Source: Microcoleaceae cyanobacterium
GTDB lineage: Bacteria; Cyanobacteriota; Cyanobacteriia; Cyanobacteriales; Microcoleaceae
Reading direction: 5' to 3'
DNA length: 56,498 nt
Assembly (NCBI GenBank): GCA_051652765.1
Contig: JBOFUV010000043.1
Coordinates: forward strand, 1 to 56,498
Translations under genes and position numbers: made by a program
In this document: piece after piece, positions 8,110 to 17,708 of the stretch
Layout of the letters: every line of letters starts with the position of its first letter
Numbering within the stretch: position 1 is the stretch's first letter
Notes under the pieces: model-generated
The model's input: the letters and a program-made list of their open reading frames with translations, nothing else
Told to the model about the DNA's origin: nothing
The model's database searches: none

Positions 8110-10278
8110 AAATAAGTTGTTTTCAGGGGGTGTCGATTCGGGTTCAACAACTGGAATAGGAGCCGGAGCTGATTCAGTCGGAGCGAGTTCAGTCGAAGCA
8201 GGTTCAGTCGGAGCAGATTCAGAATAGTAACCTCCGGATGGCTCTGGCGGGGAAGATGCCTCACCTGAAAACCCTGAATCGGTCGATGAACTTGAGGGTT
8301 CAGCATAGCCCGAGGGTTCAGAGTACCCCGACGAATCTCCCGAAGAACCAGAATATCCCTCTGAATATCCAGAGGAACTGGATGAATCATAATACCTGGG
8401 GGAATCAGAGTAGCCGTCCGAATAGCCGCCGCTATTCCGAGAAGGCGGTCGATAATATTGCTCTTGTTGGGTGGCCCAAATGGCATCTCGTTCGGCTGCC
8501 CAATCTGCAATCAGCCGTTGAGCTTGGTAATACAAGGCTCTGCCGTAGCGAATTCGAGAGGCTTCGGAGATTGCTGCGCTGAGACTTCCTTGACTTGCCA
8601 AGCGTTTTGCCCGACTCAGAATGGGTCGATCTTCAACCACCTGAATCTCGGCCACCCAGTTTCCAATACTGGCTTGAGCCTCTCGATAGAGGGCCCGTCC
8701 TTCATCAATTTCAGCAGCCTTGCTGATCGCTGCCCCCAACTTTCCTTCTTTGGCCAGGACTACAGCTTCGGTCAACAGAGGCTGATCCTCGATAATTTGA
8801 ACCCGTTTTGCCCACTCTGCAATTAAGGTTTGGGCTTCAACTCGAAGGGGGCGGCCCAAATTAATTTGGTTGGCCTGGGCTACAGCCGCTCTAAATCCTT
8901 CTAAAGTTTCAGTTTGGGCAAGCTGTCGTGCCAAAGCAAGATAGGGTCGATCCTCAATCCGTTGTGCCTCTTTGCGCCAGTGGGCCACCAAGGTTTGAGC
9001 ATGAACTCGACGGGGTTGCTCTGGGCCAATCATTTGAACTTGCTCAATCGCTAAGTTGAGTGCAAATGGATGTCCAACCTTGGCAACCTGACTAGCAAAT
9101 TGAAGACTGACAAGATTCTGAATCTGATTCAATAAATCTTCCGACTGCAGCTGAGCGGTTTGATTGAAAAATTGCTGTCGTTTAGCATCTGCCAATGCTG
9201 TTTTCCCCTCTAGCAGAATAAACATCTGTTGGAGAAAAGGCTGATGAGTGGCCTGAGTGGCGAACGTACTCTTGACTCGGCTCAACAGGATCAAATCCTG
9301 CGCTTCTTGGTAGAACGGAGAATACCTGGGCAATAGCTCCGCAATCTTGATGGCTTCGCTGAAGTTGTTGGCCTTGAGGGCTTGTCCTGCCTGTTGTAAC
9401 AAACGCCGACTCCAGATTCGAATCTCCTGCTTAGCGACTCCAGCAATGTAGAGTTGGTGATCGACTTGATTGGCCAGTGCGATCGCCTCCAAAAGTTCTC
9501 GGGGGTTACCTTGTTTGGCAATTTCTTGGGCTTCTTTGAGGCGTTGTTCTCCCTTTTTCTCAATGGACAATCGAGCTAGCAATTCGCTAAATGCCTTTTC
9601 ACTCCAGCGAGCATTTTCTAGCTTTGTCAAGGCTTGAATATAGTAAAAGGCCATTTTCCAGTTTCGGGCCTTAAGTTCTTTATGGGCTTTATCAAAGAGT
9701 TGCTGACCTTCCTGCCAGTCATTTTGCCAACTGGACACGGCCTCTTCGACCGAGGCATAAGCCGGACTATCTTTAGGTACAGCCTTGACGAGGGCCAAAG
9801 CCCCAGCCAGATCCCCAGCATCAATCTTTTGATTGGCAAGCTTGATCAGGGCATAAGTCCACTTGCTCATCATTTGCTGGACTTGAGGCTGGAGGGGGTG
9901 GGTCGAGGGCCAAGACTCCACCAAGTTAAATGCGGCTTGAATCTCTCCTAATCCACCAGATTGAGCGGCCCGATCCACACAATAGAGGCGATCGCCATCG
10001 ACTGAGAGCGCAGAGATTCCCTCACAATCCAAGGGCGGAGGAGCCGTTAACAGCCACAACAAAGCCCCTGTTCCGGCTGTCCCAAACCCCAAGAGAATCA
10101 GTAGCCAGAGCAGTTGCCATCCCCAGAACCCCTTTGGAATTTGTAGGGAGGATAGCTTCCTAGGAAAAGCTGGGTGGCGATCGCCGTCAGCCTCTAAGGT
10201 CGTTTGAGAGGAGATTGCCAGAGAAGCTTCACCTTCAGGGGTTGGTAAGCTAGAGGGGTCAAACTGGGGAGGTGCCAT
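8101..10278 (-). CDS. Conserved cyanobacterial single-TM helical-repeat protein with a Ser/Gly/Tyr/Pro low-complexity tail
   Basis: 725-aa ORF; TM WGWQLLWLLILLGFG; PPPLDC...LYC; repeated IEDxPxLxxAxxLA units. Confidence 0.75.
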   Translation of the reverse strand: MAPPQFDPSSLPTPEGEASLAISSQTTLEADGDRHPAFPRKLSSLQIPKGFWGWQLLWLLILLGFGTAGTGALLWLLTAPPPLDCEGISALSVDGDRLYCVDRAAQSGGLGEIQAAFNLVESWPSTHPLQPQVQQMMSKWTYALIKLANQKIDAGDLAGALALVKAVPKDSPAYASVEEAVSSWQNDWQEGQQLFDKAHKELKARNWKMAFYYIQALTKLENARWSEKAFSELLARLSIEKKGEQRLKEAQEIAKQGNPRELLEAIALANQVDHQLYIAGVAKQEIRIWSRRLLQQAGQALKANNFSEAIKIAELLPRYSPFYQEAQDLILLSRVKSTFATQATHQPFLQQMFILLEGKTALADAKRQQFFNQTAQLQSEDLLNQIQNLVSLQFASQVAKVGHPFALNLAIEQVQMIGPEQPRRVHAQTLVAHWRKEAQRIEDRPYLALARQLAQTETLEGFRAAVAQANQINLGRPLRVEAQTLIAEWAKRVQIIEDQPLLTEAVVLAKEGKLGAAISKAAEIDEGRALYREAQASIGNWVAEIQVVEDRPILSRAKRLASQGSLSAAISEASRIRYGRALYYQAQRLIADWAAERDAIWATQQEQYYRPPSRNSGGYSDGYSDSPRYYDSSSSSGYSEGYSGSSGDSSGYSEPSGYAEPSSSSTDSGFSGEASSPPEPSGGYYSESAPTEPASTELAPTESAPAPIPVVEPESTPPENNLFLE

Positions 10279-10536
10279 TACTCTTCTATTTTCCTTTTAT
10301 CCTCAAGTTCTATCTTGCAAAAGCTGTAAGGGTCAGGCGCTACTCTTCTAGTCACTCTTAGATTGAAACAAAAAATATCCAAAAACTGGACTTGCTTGCT
10401 GCAAATTAAACAGTTCGGCTGTATCTTAGCAAATCCTAACCCTGATGAACCAGGGTCGAACCTACATCTGACAACGGAGTAGACTGAACTGGGTGGACTC
10501 AACGTAGTCCTACTCTCAGGGGTTTACTGGGTTAGC

Positions 10537-11016
10537 CTAAGAAGCTTTGGGAGTTTTTTCCTCGGGAGAACATTCTGCAATAGTCTCCCCAGAAGACTTG
10601 CGATACCCATAAAAATCTATCCGATAGTCTGAGATCTTGACTCCAGTCTGCTGTTCAATTTCCTGGATAATCTCTATCGGAAGCTCGACATGGACATCTA
10701 AAATCTGATGGGTATCTAGGCAGTTGACATGGGAGTGAGAGTCATTAGTATGACCGTATAGGCATCCACCCGAACGCTCGATACACTCAATGATGCCCTC
10801 ACGAGACAGAGCTTCCAAATTCTGATAAACCGAAGTGTGACCAATCACCTTCCCGGCCTGATTTAGGCGATCATAGATTTCGCGGGCCGAGAGATGCTCC
10901 CTCACTTGCCAGAGGAGTTCTAGAATAAAACAACGCTGACGGCTTAGGCGCATTCCTTTAGCTTGACAACAGTTTAGCGCATCCTCCAATGAACGAATCG
11001 GTTTCACTCCCATCAC
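10537..11016 (-). CDS. furC: Fur family regulator, FurC (PerR-like) type
   Basis: KPIRSLEDAL...HLSAREIYDRL...GHTSVYQNLEALS...SHSHVNCLDT closely matches Anabaena FurC as recalled. Confidence 0.85.
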   Translation of the reverse strand: MMGVKPIRSLEDALNCCQAKGMRLSRQRCFILELLWQVREHLSAREIYDRLNQAGKVIGHTSVYQNLEALSREGIIECIERSGGCLYGHTNDSHSHVNCLDTHQILDVHVELPIEIIQEIEQQTGVKISDYRIDFYGYRKSSGETIAECSPEEKTPKAS

Positions 11017-11200
11017 CTTAGCTTGATAAAATTCATTTTTTCTTAGTTCATAAGTCTATAAGTTCCATAACCTATTGACACTTAGTTTATGCCTTCCTCT
11101 ATTTTATCTTGGTTTATCTTGGAAATCCCAATGTGGATTTGCTCTAAGAATAGCCTTGAATTGACAGTATGACTCAGTTCTGATCTGGCTTGGACATCGT

Positions 11201-11677
11201 CTAGGCATCCGCTGAATTCAAGGGAATCATTGCCCAAGTCGTGTAAGTTCCAATCGGACTCCAGAGAATGTAGGGCAACAACAATACTGCTGCCTGAGAA
11301 GAAATAGACAACACACTCAACGCCAGCATCATGCTCAGAATCGCGCCCGTGCCCCCAATCATGGTTCCAACCCGTAGACTCCGAAACTTGCACATGACGC
11401 TGGTATAGGCTAGGGTTACTGCCTCTAGGAGCAAGTAAAGTCCCATCCTTAGCCAGGTTTCTAGGGTTCCGGGGGCTTGGTTCCAGACCAAGATTGCTGA
11501 GAGCGTGGCACAGATGAAAACCACTGTCCAAATCAGCGGAATCCAGGATTCAAAGGTCAGCCACCGGGGACGCTGCAATCGATTAAACCAACGCTGATCG
11601 TCCGGAGTCATGAACTGGCTACTGATCCAGACCACCAGCAGAACAACCCCAACAATTCCCATCCAAGCTCTAATCAT
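11201..11677 (-). CDS. TspO/MBR family tryptophan-rich sensory protein
   Basis: WFNRLQRPRW, IWTVVF, LLLPYILW; about five TM segments. Confidence 0.88.
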   Translation of the reverse strand: MIRAWMGIVGVVLLVVWISSQFMTPDDQRWFNRLQRPRWLTFESWIPLIWTVVFICATLSAILVWNQAPGTLETWLRMGLYLLLEAVTLAYTSVMCKFRSLRVGTMIGGTGAILSMMLALSVLSISSQAAVLLLPYILWSPIGTYTTWAMIPLNSADA

Positions 11678-11738
11678 GGCCCTACCCTATTACTGTTCAG
11701 TCCTGTTAACGGATAACTGATGATTAACTGACTCATGA

Positions 11739-12425
11739 TTAACCCAGTCGATGGGTATTTTCCATTTCCAGGCTGGATACTTCCCTGGGGGAAGGGGCGA
11801 GTAAAAGATCCCCTTTAGATTTCAGCACTGTCTGAATCACCTGCAGAAAACGGTTTTGGCGAGTCCGATCCGATGAACTTTGGCGCTCCTTCACTTTTTG
11901 GGCTAGGTGACGCATCACAGAAGCGTCGAGTTCTTCAATAAATTGTTCGGCGATGTGATCGCCCATCAGATCTACGGTTGCTGAGTACTGTTCGAGCAAA
12001 ACCGACACCATTTCCCCAGCCTGCTGAACAAATTCGTTCGATTGGGGTTCAGGTTCGTCCGTAGCACAATCTGGAATTGAGGGCTCTGAGTGATTGCTCT
12101 GGGTGTTGTTTAGCATGTTGTGTGGCCCGTTGTGTTGGATCAAGTTTGTATCTTTGCAAGGTGTAGATTGGAACTGTATTTGTTGGGACTGTGGGCGACA
12201 CCGAATCAACTCTTGATAGTCCTCAACATCCATACTGAGAATCTGTAAATGGTGATGAACATGATCCAGTAGGCCAATTTCTGAGGGGGAGTAAATTCTT
12301 CGATAGCCATTCATCCCATGCAGTTTTGCCCAATTCTGTAAAAGAGATTCATCATGGATTTGATATCGATCTAAAAGTTGATCTACGGTCAAATCTGTTA
12401 TTGGGGTTGCCTTAAAATCACTCAT
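11739..12425 (-). CDS. Hypothetical protein with a possible N-terminal winged-HTH (MerR-like) domain
   Basis: 228-aa ATG ORF filling the gap; LTVDQLLDRYQI...NWAK...RRIYSPSEI pattern. Confidence 0.6.
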   Translation of the reverse strand: MSDFKATPITDLTVDQLLDRYQIHDESLLQNWAKLHGMNGYRRIYSPSEIGLLDHVHHHLQILSMDVEDYQELIRCRPQSQQIQFQSTPCKDTNLIQHNGPHNMLNNTQSNHSEPSIPDCATDEPEPQSNEFVQQAGEMVSVLLEQYSATVDLMGDHIAEQFIEELDASVMRHLAQKVKERQSSSDRTRQNRFLQVIQTVLKSKGDLLLAPSPREVSSLEMENTHRLG

Positions 12426-12708
12426 AGAAATCCTTTACATCAATCGTCAGAAATCAAGTACTGCAATGAAAACTATACCGAGAAAGTTACCTGAAAAACG
12501 TTACCTGAGAAACGGCGAGGCTTAAAACTCCTCTGTTTTTTATGGGTCTGGTTCGCTTGCGCCACTCGCCACCTTTTTCAAACATCCTCTTAAGATTCGA
12601 GTAGATGTAATTTTCTTCAACTTTGTGCTTAAATAAAACTGATAGTAGGTTGGAATCGGTATTCTACAGGAAACTTGCTAACCCGTGAATCGATCAAACA
12701 CAGCAGTC

Positions 12709-12768
12709 AGACCTTTAAATGTAATACCTTTAAGTGTAAGACCCTTAAGTGTAAGACCTTTAGATATA
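12709..12768. repeat. 15-bp tandem repeat x4 upstream of scpA
   Basis: AGACCTTTAAATGTA / ATACCTTTAAGTGTA / AGACCCTTAAGTGTA / AGACCTTTAGATATA. Confidence 0.85.
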
Positions 12769-12824
12769 GAAACCGAAACATTGCCCATAGGCTTCACCAA
12801 GCTGTTATAGACGTGTAATTCTGG

Positions 12825-13667
12825 ATGACGAATGATCCGACTCAAAGTTTACTGGCGACCCTCTCTCAGCGGATTGCCCTCCTGATTGACCTTGCTGAAC
12901 AAGGAGAAGTTGATCCGTGGGACGTTCAAGTGATTGAGGTGATTGATCGCTACTTAAGTCACTTAACCTCACAACCTTCAACATCCCCTTCAAGTCTATC
13001 CAACAACAATTTTGCGGAACTCTCCCATTCTGGTCAAGCTTTTCTTTATGCCTCAATGTTGGTTCTGCTCAAGTCCGATAGCTTAATGATGTTAGCAAGC
13101 TCTAGCCCACATCCTGCAGAGTCTCCTCCAGAAGACTGGGTGGAATCAGACCCCGGAGTCAGCCTCCAGCGTCCACAAAACCTAGAACAGCAGCTCCACC
13201 GTAGAGCTGTCGCCCCTATTCCTCAAAAGCGTCGAGTCACCCTGCAAGAACTCGTCGAACAACTTCAGCAAGTTGCTCATGTCATTGCCTCCCAAAACCA
13301 ACATCCCCGTCGCCATCGCCTCCGACCCCAGTCTAAGACGCAAGCTGCAAAGACCATTGCCCAGCTCGCTCACCAGGAAAATCTGACCGAGACAGCAGCC
13401 AAGCTTGATCAACTCTTGGGTACACAGAAATCCGATCTGGCGGAGGGATGGGTTGAGCTCGAACAGTTGTCGGTGTGGTGGACTCAGCTGATTACAATGG
13501 AGCAAACTGACTCTAGTTCGGCCCTCTCCCATCCCAATCAAGTTCAATTTCACACTCACGACCGAGTTGGAATATTCTGGGCATTACTCCTGCTCTGTGC
13601 CCAATCAAAAGTTGAGCTAGCTCAAGATGAATTCTACAAAGACCTACGAATTCGTACCCTCGTATAA
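12825..13667 (+). CDS. scpA: Segregation/condensation protein A (kleisin)
   Basis: LLIDLAEQGEVDPWDVQV, LVLLKSD, RRVTLQEL, FWALLLL...VELAQDEFY. Confidence 0.85.
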   Translation: MTNDPTQSLLATLSQRIALLIDLAEQGEVDPWDVQVIEVIDRYLSHLTSQPSTSPSSLSNNNFAELSHSGQAFLYASMLVLLKSDSLMMLASSSPHPAESPPEDWVESDPGVSLQRPQNLEQQLHRRAVAPIPQKRRVTLQELVEQLQQVAHVIASQNQHPRRHRLRPQSKTQAAKTIAQLAHQENLTETAAKLDQLLGTQKSDLAEGWVELEQLSVWWTQLITMEQTDSSSALSHPNQVQFHTHDRVGIFWALLLLCAQSKVELAQDEFYKDLRIRTLV

Positions 13668-13882
13668 GGAGATTATAGATCTGGGAGGCGACATTCGGAC
13701 AAAATCTCGGTAAATTGGGATAAGGAGAGTGATACGCTAGTTCATTAATAGCCACTTGGCTGCATTATACTAGCCAGATGAATAATTGCAACTTTCCTGT
13801 AAGTACCAGTGTGCATTGTTCTACAAAGCAACGATTAAGCAGCGATTAATTGTAATCAACTGAACCACCTAGGGTTGAGGAA

Positions 13883-15046
13883 GTGAATATGAAAGCCATG
13901 ATCTTGGCAGCCGGAAAGGGGACTCGCGTTCGTCCAATCACATACACCATCCCCAAACCAATGATTCCAATTCTGCAAAAGCCAGTAATGGAGTTTTTGG
14001 TCGAGTTACTCCGTCAGCACGGATTTGACCAAATCATGGTCAATGTCAGCCATCTTGCCGAGGAAATCGAAAACTATTTTCGAGATGGCCAACGATTTGG
14101 TGTCCATATTTCCTACTCATTTGAAGGAAGAATCGAGGACGGGAACTTGATTGGCAAAGCCGTCGGTTCTGCGGGAGGGATGAAAAAGATTCAAGACTTT
14201 TATCCGTTCTTTGACGATACCTTTATCGTGCTCTGTGGCGATGCTTTGATCGACTTAGATCTGACTGCTGCCGTAGAATGGCATCGGCAAAAAGGTGCAT
14301 TGGCAACCATCGTCATGAATTCCGTTCCTCGAGAAAGAGTCTCTAGCTATGGGGTAGTTGTGACGGACGATTCAGGCCGAATTCAGGCTTTCCAGGAAAA
14401 ACCTGCGGTTGATGAGGCACTGAGCACTAGTATCAACACTGGAATTTACATCTTTGAACCTGAAATCTTTAACTACATCCCTTCAGGATGTGAGTATGAC
14501 ATTGGGGGCGATCTGTTCCCGAAACTCGTTGAGATGGGTGCTCCCTTCTATGGGATTACGATGGACTTTGAGTGGGTTGACATTGGCAAAGTCCCCGATT
14601 ACTGGGATGCGGTTCGAGGAGTGCTAGCGGGTAGGATCAAAAATGTCCAAATCCCTGGCCAGCAAGTGCGTCCTGGGGTTTATACCGGGTTAAATGTTGC
14701 TGTGAACTGGGACAAAGTTAATATTCAGGGGCCTGTTTATATTGGGGGCATGACTCGGATTGAAGATGGGGCAACGATTATTGGCCCATCAATGATTGGT
14801 CAAAACTGCCGAATTTGCCGGGATGCTTACGTTGATAACAGCGTGATTTTTGAATATTCTCGTCTAGGGCCAGGAGTGCGATTGGTCGATAAGCTGGTGT
14901 TTGGGCGCTATTGTGTGGATAAGATGGGTGCTGCCATTGATGTTCAGGCTGCAGCGTTGGATTGGCTGATTACGGATATTCGTCAAATGACCTTCGATAC
15001 TTCAGAGGAACATCAGGCGATCGCTGATATCCTCAGTGGTTCCTAG
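13883..15046 (+). CDS. cugP: NDP-sugar pyrophosphorylase (CugP-type UDP-glucose pyrophosphorylase; mannose-1-P guanylyltransferase family)
   Basis: ILAAGKGTRVRPIT...PKPM; C-terminal hexapeptide beta-helix; very like cyanobacterial CugP. Confidence 0.82.
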   Translation: MNMKAMILAAGKGTRVRPITYTIPKPMIPILQKPVMEFLVELLRQHGFDQIMVNVSHLAEEIENYFRDGQRFGVHISYSFEGRIEDGNLIGKAVGSAGGMKKIQDFYPFFDDTFIVLCGDALIDLDLTAAVEWHRQKGALATIVMNSVPRERVSSYGVVVTDDSGRIQAFQEKPAVDEALSTSINTGIYIFEPEIFNYIPSGCEYDIGGDLFPKLVEMGAPFYGITMDFEWVDIGKVPDYWDAVRGVLAGRIKNVQIPGQQVRPGVYTGLNVAVNWDKVNIQGPVYIGGMTRIEDGATIIGPSMIGQNCRICRDAYVDNSVIFEYSRLGPGVRLVDKLVFGRYCVDKMGAAIDVQAAALDWLITDIRQMTFDTSEEHQAIADILSGS

Positions 15047-15085
15047 CTTGGATCATAGACTTGGATCATAGACTTGGATGCTAGA
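15047..15085. repeat. 13-bp tandem repeat x3 directly after the stop codon
   Basis: CTTGGATCATAGA x2 plus CTTGGATGCTAGA. Confidence 0.85.
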
Positions 15086-15104
15086 TTGGGATGGGGGTTG
15101 AGAC

Positions 15105-17699
15105 GTGGGCCAAGCAGATCAGCAACTTCCAACGTCTAACTTGTTCCCTGGGATTCCAGGCGAGTCAAGTTTAGGTTTGGGTTCCCCTGACTCAGCGTTC
15201 ATCGAAGTCTTGGTGGACTTGCCGACTCAGCAGTTGAGGACTCAGACTGAGGAAGGTCAGCAGTTGTTCATCTACCAGGTTCCAGATGCCTTGGTGGTGT
15301 GTCCGGGGGACATTTTGAGTGTTCCCTTTGGCAATCAGCAGCTTGGGGCGATCGCCATTCGTCAGATCAATCAACTTCCTCCCGAGTTAGAACGGGATCG
15401 GGTGAAAACCGTTGAAGCGGTGATCCAACCTCGGTTTTTTCCGCCCACCTATCCTCAACTTTTGCAGCAAGTTGCTAGCTACTATCAAGCTCCTTTGATT
15501 CAAGTGATTCGAACTGCTCTTCCGGCTGGGTTGCTGCGCGGGAGTCAGCGGCGGGTGCGTCTACTCACCTCCCTGGTTCCGTCAGGTGCTGAAGTATTTT
15601 TGCCTGTCCATTCACGGACACTGTTGACCCTGCTTCAGACGAGCAAAACTGGGGATCTGAGTTGGAAAGCTCTGAAGCAAAAAATCGGTTCTACAAGTTG
15701 GGCGCGGCGAGCCGAACAAGATTTACTCAAGCGAGGTTGGATTGAAGTCTATCTAGAGTCTCCTAAGCGGCTGCGGGCGATGTTTCAGACTGTGGTAACG
15801 TTGGTGGTCAATCCTGATGGGGCTGAAGCTTTAACCCTACGCCAACGGGAAATTCTGTACCACCTGAAAAACTGTAGCGGCGAAATGGAACGGAGCGCAT
15901 TCCTGAAATTGTGCCAGACCACTTCCCGTACCCTGCAGGGATTGGCGGATCAGGGATGCATTACCCTACAAAAACGAGAAGTCTTACGACTGGCTCAAGG
16001 AGAGCGTCAACCTACGGATACGCCCAAATCATTAACCTCCTACCAGGCTACGGCTGTAGAGGCGATTAATGGGTTGTCAGGGTTTACTCAGGTCTTACTG
16101 CATGGGGTAACAGGTTCGGGGAAAACAGAGGTCTATCTCCAAGTGATTCCGCCGATTTTGCAGCGCTACCAATCGGTCTTGGTTCTAGTTCCCGAAATTG
16201 GCTTGACCCCGCAACTCACCGATCGGTTCCGGGCTAGATTTGGGGATCAAGTCTACGTTTACCACAGTGGTCTGTCTGAGGGAGAACGGTACGACACTTG
16301 GCGGACAATGACCCTGGAACAGCCCCGGATCGTCATTGGCACTCGCTCTGCGATTTTTGCGCCCTTGGCTAACCTGGGGTTAATCATCTTGGATGAAGAA
16401 CATGACAGTAGCTTCAAACAAGACCAACCCGCTCCCTGTTACCATGCGCGCACCGTGGCCCAGTGGCGGGCTGAACTGGAAAATTGCCCCTTGATTTTGG
16501 GCTCTGCAACTCCTGCTCTGGAAAGTTGGGTGGATGTGAAAGTCGGGAACTTCGAGCTGCAAAGTTCTGAATCTTCAGCCCCACGTTCAACTCCGCAGCT
16601 TTACCTCTCTCTTCCAGAACGGGTTCAAGGGCGGCCCCTCCCTCAGGTGGAAGTGGTCGATATGCGCCAGGAACTGCGCCAAGGAAATCGTTCGATTTTT
16701 AGTCAGACTTTGCAACAGGCCCTCGGTCAAATGAAAGATCAGGGTCAACAAGGGATTCTGTTCATTCATCGGCGGGGACACAGTACCTTTGTGTCCTGTC
16801 GCAGTTGTGGTTATGTAATGGAGTGTTCCCGTTGCGATGTCTCCCTCGCTTATCACCACGTTCGTGCCGAGGCGACCCAGCAATTGCGATGTCACTACTG
16901 CAACAAAAGTCAGCCCTATCCTCAGCACTGTCCCGAGTGTGGTTCATCCTACTTCAAACACTTCGGCAGTGGCACCCAACGGGTCAGTCAGGAGTTGAAC
17001 ACCTTGTTTCCGCATCTACGGCTGATCCGGTTTGACAGTGATACGACCCAAACAAAAGACGCTCACCGCATTTTGCTGACTCGATTTGCTCAAGGAGGAG
17101 CCGATTTACTGGTTGGCACCCAGATGCTCACCAAAGGACTAGATCTAGCGTCTGTGGGCTTAGTGGGCATTATCTCAGCCGATGGTTTGCTGCACTTGGC
17201 GGATTACCGAGCCAGTGAACGAGCCTTTCAAACATTGCTGCAAGTTGCAGGTCGAGCCGGTCGAGGTGACGATCCCGGTCGAGTCATTTTACAAACCTAT
17301 AGCCCGGATCACCCGGTGATTCAAGCAGTTCAAACCCATGGACAGGATTCCTTTGTGAAGACAGAGCTAAACTATCGGCGATCGCGCGATTACCCTCCCT
17401 ATAGTCGATTAATTTTGTTGCGATTTAGTGGCCCCAAGTTGGCAGAGGTTGAACAAACAGCCCAGCGGTTTGCTCAGGGATTAACTCAGCAGCTTACCGC
17501 CTTACCCTCTGAAACGATTGCAATTCTTGGCCCCGCTCCGGCTCCAATTCCCCGAATTTCCCATCAGTATCGCTGGCAACTGTTGCTCAAGCTTCTCACT
17601 ACAGTGGCCCTGGATAGCCTTCAGCTCGAAAACCTGCGCCCGCTTTGCCCAAGAACCGTGCGCCTGATCATTGACGTTGATCCCCTTAACTTTAGTTAA
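15105..17699 (+). CDS. priA: Primosomal protein N' (PriA helicase)
   Basis: HGVTGSGKTEVY, DEEH, SATP, four CxxC pairs, QVAGRAGR. Confidence 0.95.
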   Translation: MGQADQQLPTSNLFPGIPGESSLGLGSPDSAFIEVLVDLPTQQLRTQTEEGQQLFIYQVPDALVVCPGDILSVPFGNQQLGAIAIRQINQLPPELERDRVKTVEAVIQPRFFPPTYPQLLQQVASYYQAPLIQVIRTALPAGLLRGSQRRVRLLTSLVPSGAEVFLPVHSRTLLTLLQTSKTGDLSWKALKQKIGSTSWARRAEQDLLKRGWIEVYLESPKRLRAMFQTVVTLVVNPDGAEALTLRQREILYHLKNCSGEMERSAFLKLCQTTSRTLQGLADQGCITLQKREVLRLAQGERQPTDTPKSLTSYQATAVEAINGLSGFTQVLLHGVTGSGKTEVYLQVIPPILQRYQSVLVLVPEIGLTPQLTDRFRARFGDQVYVYHSGLSEGERYDTWRTMTLEQPRIVIGTRSAIFAPLANLGLIILDEEHDSSFKQDQPAPCYHARTVAQWRAELENCPLILGSATPALESWVDVKVGNFELQSSESSAPRSTPQLYLSLPERVQGRPLPQVEVVDMRQELRQGNRSIFSQTLQQALGQMKDQGQQGILFIHRRGHSTFVSCRSCGYVMECSRCDVSLAYHHVRAEATQQLRCHYCNKSQPYPQHCPECGSSYFKHFGSGTQRVSQELNTLFPHLRLIRFDSDTTQTKDAHRILLTRFAQGGADLLVGTQMLTKGLDLASVGLVGIISADGLLHLADYRASERAFQTLLQVAGRAGRGDDPGRVILQTYSPDHPVIQAVQTHGQDSFVKTELNYRRSRDYPPYSRLILLRFSGPKLAEVEQTAQRFAQGLTQQLTALPSETIAILGPAPAPIPRISHQYRWQLLLKLLTTVALDSLQLENLRPLCPRTVRLIIDVDPLNFS

Positions 17700-17708
17700 T
17701 TGAGTGAA

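Noticed and set aside
7992..8510. 172-aa ORF with WNQV and LNLLR repeats
   Set aside because: Alternative frame over the low-complexity tail of 8101-10278 and an intergenic tandem repeat
10279..10536. Short hairpins and a 74-aa ORF between furC and the helical-repeat gene
   Set aside because: No recognisable RNA motif; the ORF has a TTG start and no supporting features
12825..13667. scpA without scpB or smc as a Wadjet/Mks-type defence system
   Set aside because: No jet/mks partner genes are nearby; housekeeping condensin genes are commonly dispersed in cyanobacteria
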